Below are positions 7,572 through 11,210 of a stretch of DNA of 11,210 nucleotides, piece by piece. Each line of letters starts with the position of its first letter. Positions within the stretch are counted from its first letter, which is position 1. The notes under the pieces are model-generated. The model ran no database searches. It saw only the letters and a program-made list of their open reading frames with translations, and was not told the origin of the DNA. The stretch is from Candidatus Hodarchaeum mangrovi (lineage in GTDB: Archaea > Asgardarchaeota > Heimdallarchaeia > Hodarchaeales > Hodarchaeaceae). The stretch covers positions 1-11,210 of the forward strand of contig JAEOUE010000309.1 of assembly GCA_016839515.1 (NCBI GenBank), written 5' to 3'. Position numbers and translations under genes: made by a program.

Positions 7572-8597
7572 CTAAAAATGAGGAAACCATTTAGTTAAAT
7601 CTGTCGGAATATTTACAATTTGAGTGTCATTTACAAGCCAATCTCGAAATTCTGTAATACATCTGAGAAGAAAAGATTTGTACTGCTCTGATAAATTTTC
7701 TTTTGCAGATTCCTTTACTAAGTATGTATAAATAATAAATTCTCGCCATTTGAAAAATTGAGGCAATAGGGTTAACCATTTTCTATCTAGAGGATATGTA
7801 GTGGAATAACCTTTCCAGAAAGCAGGAATAAATCGATCAGCGAATTCCTGTCGTTTATCAAGGGGATTATCCCAAACTGTTTCATGAAACGCTGAAGCAA
7901 GGTCATACATGAAGAAGAAATAATATGAATCATCCCAATCGAAAATTATCATTTCATTGCCATTTTTATGGAAATTATCAGTATGAAGGTCTGTATGAAT
8001 CACTCCAAAAGCATCAGGATCCATAGGTAGCTGTTCAAATTGCTGTAACAACTGTTCAACTTTTTTAATTATTATCTCATCATTTTTAGAGAATATTTGA
8101 TTTGCTAAATCAATATATTCATCCTCATAATACATAGGACGTCGAAATTTCGGCTTTAAATTGTTATATTGAACAGAAGCATGGTGAAGTTTTCCCATTA
8201 CTCGCCCCATGGTCCCCCAAAACTGTTCGTTCCACTCTTCGGGATTCTTTAAATCAACCTTTCCACCTGGAGCTTTCTCAAATACTACAATGTTATATAC
8301 AATTCCATTATTTTTTATTTTTTCGAGATATTTCTTTCTTATTGAAAGGACAGGAATAGATACTTTAACTCCAGTAGAGTGTAAGAACAATATCCATTCT
8401 AATTCAGCCTTTAGTAATTCTTCTGTATGACGTGTTCCTCCCCTTAGAATAAATTTTTTCCCATTCTGTTGAAATTCATATATAAAATTATTATCAGCTT
8501 CGACTAAAAGATTCAAATCATTACTGGATATTCCATACTGATTACTAATCTTATCAAGTAGTTCTTTCGAGGGCCCTTGCTGATTTATAACACTCAT
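7572..8597 (-). CDS. APH/choline-kinase-fold phosphotransferase (type II homoserine kinase / YerI-AmiN-like)
   Basis: Brenner motif GVIHTDLHTDNF, metal-binding IIFDWDD, plus FILR, AELEWILFL, FEKAPG, GRVMGKLH and MYDLA. Confidence 0.9.
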   Translation of the reverse strand: MSVINQQGPSKELLDKISNQYGISSNDLNLLVEADNNFIYEFQQNGKKFILRGGTRHTEELLKAELEWILFLHSTGVKVSIPVLSIRKKYLEKIKNNGIVYNIVVFEKAPGGKVDLKNPEEWNEQFWGTMGRVMGKLHHASVQYNNLKPKFRRPMYYEDEYIDLANQIFSKNDEIIIKKVEQLLQQFEQLPMDPDAFGVIHTDLHTDNFHKNGNEMIIFDWDDSYYFFFMYDLASAFHETVWDNPLDKRQEFADRFIPAFWKGYSTTYPLDRKWLTLLPQFFKWREFIIYTYLVKESAKENLSEQYKSFLLRCITEFRDWLVNDTQIVNIPTDLTKWFPHF

Positions 8598-8600
8598 ACA

Positions 8601-8607
8601 ATCACCT
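8601..8607 (-). promoter_or_regulatory. Archaeal-type Shine-Dalgarno AGGTGAT
   Basis: Plus strand ATCACCT, 3 nt before the ATG at 8597. Confidence 0.7.
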
Positions 8608-8658
8608 ATGGTTAAAAAAATGTCGAGATCCTTACGTTACGCCTAAATATTTAGTATT

Positions 8659-8666
8659 ATTATAAA
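8659..8666 (-). promoter_or_regulatory. Putative TATA box of the kinase gene
   Basis: TTTATAAT, the same 8-mer as at 5317-5324. Predicts a start near 8636 and a ~40-nt leader containing the SD. Confidence 0.4.
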
Positions 8667-8690
8667 ATTAAAGTTAATGGCAATTGAGTA

Positions 8691-8738
8691 AATTCAAAAA
8701 ATTGTGATCCTTAAAATTAAAATCGCAATTATTGAATT
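8691..8738. repeat. Imperfect inverted repeat
   Basis: AATTCAA-aa-AATTGTGAT (8691-8708), 13-nt loop, ATCGCAATT-a-TTGAATT (8722-8738). Outer arms TAAAGTT (8669-8675) and AACTTTA (8739-8745). Confidence 0.6.
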
Positions 8739-8860
8739 AACTTTATTCACCAAGCGAGCTAAAAATCATTATTTTAGTCATCTAATACAATTAATATGCT
8801 TCAATCCATATCTTATTCCTTGAATTATAGAAATCATTCAAATTCAATTCTCTGCATTAA

Positions 8861-9328
8861 TTATTTTAATTGCTTTTCCAGTAATACTGCATCGATAATC
8901 GATCCATGTCTATCAATTTGTGTTTTCTGGATAATTTTAAAACCGTTTTTAAGATAGAATCCTGTAGCATAAAAAACTGAATTCACCATTATAGAGGATA
9001 ATCCCAAATTCCTTGCTTCCTCTTCTAGAAAATTTAGGATAGTAGATCCAATATCCTTCTTCTGAAAGGTTTGATTAACATACATATGGCGTATCTCATT
9101 TCCCTTCAATGCTCCCATACCAACTATTTTATTTTTCAGTTCTGCTACAACAATGATTCTATCTTCACTTATAGATCTGACATATTCCGTTGTCCGGGCC
9201 TCTATTATTCTTTTTCTAGCTATTTCAGAGAGATTCGTCGCATAATTACGAAAATGATTTTGCATCAAAGCACTACATTCTTGAGCATCTTTAGGCTGAT
9301 ATTTACGGATAATTACATTGTTTGACAT
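8861..9328 (-). CDS. GNAT family N-acetyltransferase
   Basis: IIRKYQPKD start, VVAELKNKIVGMGAL, motif A HMYVNQTFQKKDIGSTIL, motif B ATGFYLKNGF. AAGGA upstream at 9337-9341. Confidence 0.92.
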   Translation of the reverse strand: MSNNVIIRKYQPKDAQECSALMQNHFRNYATNLSEIARKRIIEARTTEYVRSISEDRIIVVAELKNKIVGMGALKGNEIRHMYVNQTFQKKDIGSTILNFLEEEARNLGLSSIMVNSVFYATGFYLKNGFKIIQKTQIDRHGSIIDAVLLEKQLK

Positions 9329-9481
9329 ATATAAAATCCTTCTAATAACCTTTTATTTTTCAAACCTTCAGAAATTTAATCATTTAGAAATCCTTGTATA
9401 TAAAACAAAATCTGAAAAAATTTTACATTTTAATTAATGACTAGGGTATCTAGAAACTCAATTTAAGGAAACGATTAGTAG

Positions 9482-10360
9482 ATGAATTTTTTATCCTCAC
9501 TCAATAGAGAAAGAAAGGGGATTATTTCGTTTATTGCTATAACCTTTGGAATTACATTTTTTGTGACATTTCTTTTAGAATATTTAAATATTACACCTGC
9601 TGATCCTCTTTTTATGATTTATGCCTTACCTTCAGGAATCGCTCCCGCGATAGCTGCTATTCTCGTAAGAAAGTGGATAACAAAAGAAGGATTTAATGAT
9701 ATTTGTTATTCAATCGAGAAAAAAAGATGGATCTTCTATTGTTATGCTCTAATTATACCTTTCATTGTTATAGGTTCTATTATTATTCTTGCATCAATTT
9801 TTAGTTTGTCCTCTCCTGATTACACTTATCAGCGCTTTGAAAACTCAGAAAATCCTATTGGCACAATTCCTGAGTCATTATTGCAAATTTCTTTTCCAAT
9901 TTTAATACTAATACTCCCAATCTTGAGTATTCTTAACACAATAATAGTTTTAGGGGAAGAATTTGGTTGGCGTAGTTATCTTCAAACACGAATATATCCA
10001 AACCACTCATTGAAAGCTTCTATTAGTATTGGACTAATTCACGGATTTTGGCATTATCCCCAGATTCTTTTGGGTTACGCTTTCCCTGATGCTATTATCT
10101 GGGGACTAATTGCAATCCTAATAAGTACCACGTTATTAGCAATAATTTGGGGATGGTTATATCTAAAAGTACAGAATATCTGGATAGCTTCGTTTGCACA
10201 TTCATCCATGAATGTTATTGGGGGATTTACAGCAATGCTTCTCTTTTTTGGTGGACCAAATTGGATTTTTGTTTCACATATTGGTATTCTATCTTGGATT
10301 CCATTAGGAACTATTGCTTTCTTGATTATTTGGAAAAGTGATTTCAATGCTTCAGATTGA
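9482..10360 (+). CDS. CPBP family intramembrane glutamic endopeptidase (Abi / type II CAAX protease-like)
   Basis: GEEFGWRSYL (EExxxR), GFWHYP and AHSSMN (HxxxN) motifs in a multi-TM protein. Confidence 0.93.
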   Translation: MNFLSSLNRERKGIISFIAITFGITFFVTFLLEYLNITPADPLFMIYALPSGIAPAIAAILVRKWITKEGFNDICYSIEKKRWIFYCYALIIPFIVIGSIIILASIFSLSSPDYTYQRFENSENPIGTIPESLLQISFPILILILPILSILNTIIVLGEEFGWRSYLQTRIYPNHSLKASISIGLIHGFWHYPQILLGYAFPDAIIWGLIAILISTTLLAIIWGWLYLKVQNIWIASFAHSSMNVIGGFTAMLLFFGGPNWIFVSHIGILSWIPLGTIAFLIIWKSDFNASD

Positions 10361-10383
10361 ATAAGACGAATCTTTATAGTGGT

Positions 10384-10409
10384 TATTTGATTAGTTTCAT
10401 AATCAAATA
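10384..10409. repeat. Perfect 10-bp inverted repeat (possible terminator hairpin or operator)
   Basis: TATTTGATTA-gtttca-TAATCAAATA, 23 nt after the CPBP stop and followed by TTATTTCT. Confidence 0.65.
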
Positions 10410-10437
10410 TTATTTCTGATCTGATAAGAACAATTTC

Positions 10438-10500
10438 ATTAACGATGATGCTTTTAATGTAGGTAGAAATCATCACTTGTCTACCTAAAGCATTATTAAT
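10438..10500. repeat. Extended bulged inverted repeat
   Basis: Inner stem TAGGTAGA (10460-10467) / TCTACCTA (10480-10487). Middle stem TGATGCTT (10446-10453) / AAGCATTA (10488-10495) with one G-U. Outer stem ATTAA / TTAAT. Confidence 0.6.
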
Positions 10501-10522
10501 TAATTTCTTCTAGCAGATATAA

Positions 10523-10530
10523 AATATAAA
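10523..10530 (+). promoter_or_regulatory. Possible TATA box of the methyltransferase gene
   Basis: AATATAAA at -31..-24 from the ATG at 10554. AGGT also occurs at 10544-10547. Confidence 0.35.
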
Positions 10531-10553
10531 CTGATGTGTTTTCAGGTAGTAAA

Positions 10554-11210
10554 ATGATTAATAAAAAAGATTTAACTGATGCCTTTGGACAACTCCTTTT
10601 AGACCATTATACACATCAAAAACCAGTTAATTATGTAGTTGAAAGAGACGATGGTCTTATTGATATAGATAGCTCCTTGGGTTACTTCTCAAATTACGAA
10701 GATTGGTCAAATGAGGAACAAAACATTATAAATCATGCGAGACCACCGGTTTTAGATCTTGGTTGCGGTGCTGGACGGCATTCACTATACCTTCAAAATA
10801 TAGGATTGGAGGTTATTGCAATGGATCTCTCCCATGGAGCATTAGAGGTCACAAAACAACGAGGAGTAAAAAAAACACTTTATGGAGATATTCGAAAATT
10901 ACCACGTTTTAATTTGAAATTTGGGACATTTCTATTCATGGGTAATAACTTTGCTCTCTGTGGAGATCCGAAAACTATGAAGAGAGTTTTACAAGATCTC
11001 TCACAAATATCAGCACCTAGTGCAAAATTAATTGCACATTTCAGAGACCCAACTCCAAATGATCCAAATCTTGATCCTGTTCATCGTGAATATCACCAAG
11101 AAAATAGAAAAAAAGGATTACCTGTAGGACAAGTTCAGATTAGAATACTATATCGAAAATTAAGAACTCCTTGGATGAAATTTTATATCCCTACCAGTGA
11201 TGAATTTACA
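10554..11210 (+). CDS. Class I SAM-dependent methyltransferase, 3'-partial (not in the ORF track)
   Basis: Manual translation gives 219 codons with no stop: MINKKDLTDAFGQLLLDHY...VERDDG...YFSNYEDW...PVLDLGCGAGRHSLYLQNIGLEVIAMDLSHGALEVTKQRGV...FMGNNFALCG...EYHQENRKKGLPVGQVQIRILY. Motif I is LDLGCGAG and an acidic residue ends beta2 (MDLS). Confidence 0.92.
   Translation, partial: MINKKDLTDAFGQLLLDHYTHQKPVNYVVERDDGLIDIDSSLGYFSNYEDWSNEEQNIINHARPPVLDLGCGAGRHSLYLQNIGLEVIAMDLSHGALEVTKQRGVKKTLYGDIRKLPRFNLKFGTFLFMGNNFALCGDPKTMKRVLQDLSQISAPSAKLIAHFRDPTPNDPNLDPVHREYHQENRKKGLPVGQVQIRILYRKLRTPWMKFYIPTSDEFT

Noticed and set aside
8209-8430. 73-aa plus-strand ORF
   Set aside because: Antisense shadow of the kinase gene.
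9040-9070. GNAT motif A variant QKKDIG (Asp for the first Gly)
   Set aside because: A single substitution in a tolerant loop, with the rest of the fold intact, is not enough to call a pseudogene.
9071-9325. 84-aa plus-strand ORF
   Set aside because: Antisense shadow of the GNAT gene.
10075-10476. 133-aa minus ORF and nested 64-aa plus ORF (10147-10341)
   Set aside because: Both largely overlap the CPBP gene (antisense or alternate frame) and have no recognisable motifs.
10352-10534. C/D box sRNA or SECIS element in the spacer
   Set aside because: The minus-strand C box (10470-10476) has its nearest downstream CTGA about 120 nt away. Plus-strand boxes are imperfect or out of order. The ATGA-led stem lacks the opposing GA needed for a SECIS core, and the CPBP TGA follows a complete protein.
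9482-11210. CPBP protease plus methyltransferase as a eukaryote-like CAAX processing pair (Rce1 + ICMT)
   Set aside because: ICMT is an integral-membrane enzyme of a different fold, whereas this one is a soluble class I Rossmann enzyme. No prenyltransferase is present, and CPBP proteins are widespread in prokaryotes.

Overview
AT-rich (roughly 30% GC by eye) prokaryotic window, most likely archaeal and probably Asgard (Heimdall/Hod/Loki-like). This is inferred from an archaeal-type SD (AGGTGAT), TATA boxes about 23-30 nt upstream of starts, oligo-T terminators and a TPR subfamily I recall from Asgard genomes. Nine CDSs in order: a 5'-truncated 40-aa-TPR protein fused to a nitrilase/C-N hydrolase domain with an intact E-K-C triad (+); a VOC protein with a Lys-rich tail (-); a ~13-TM + EEP phosphodiesterase resembling eukaryotic Cwh43/PGAP2IP (-); an ABC-2 permease and ATPase pair (-); an APH-family kinase (-); a GNAT (-); a CPBP/Abi intramembrane protease (+); and a 3'-truncated class I SAM methyltransferase missing from the ORF track (+). 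No rRNA, tRNA, CRISPR array or mobile element was seen. Best leads: (1) an apparently full-length prokaryotic Cwh43-like lipid-remodelling candidate, (2) a TPR sensor-amidase fusion, (3) a cluster of small-molecule modification/efflux genes, plus several intergenic inverted repeats. Family comparisons are from memory and need database confirmation.
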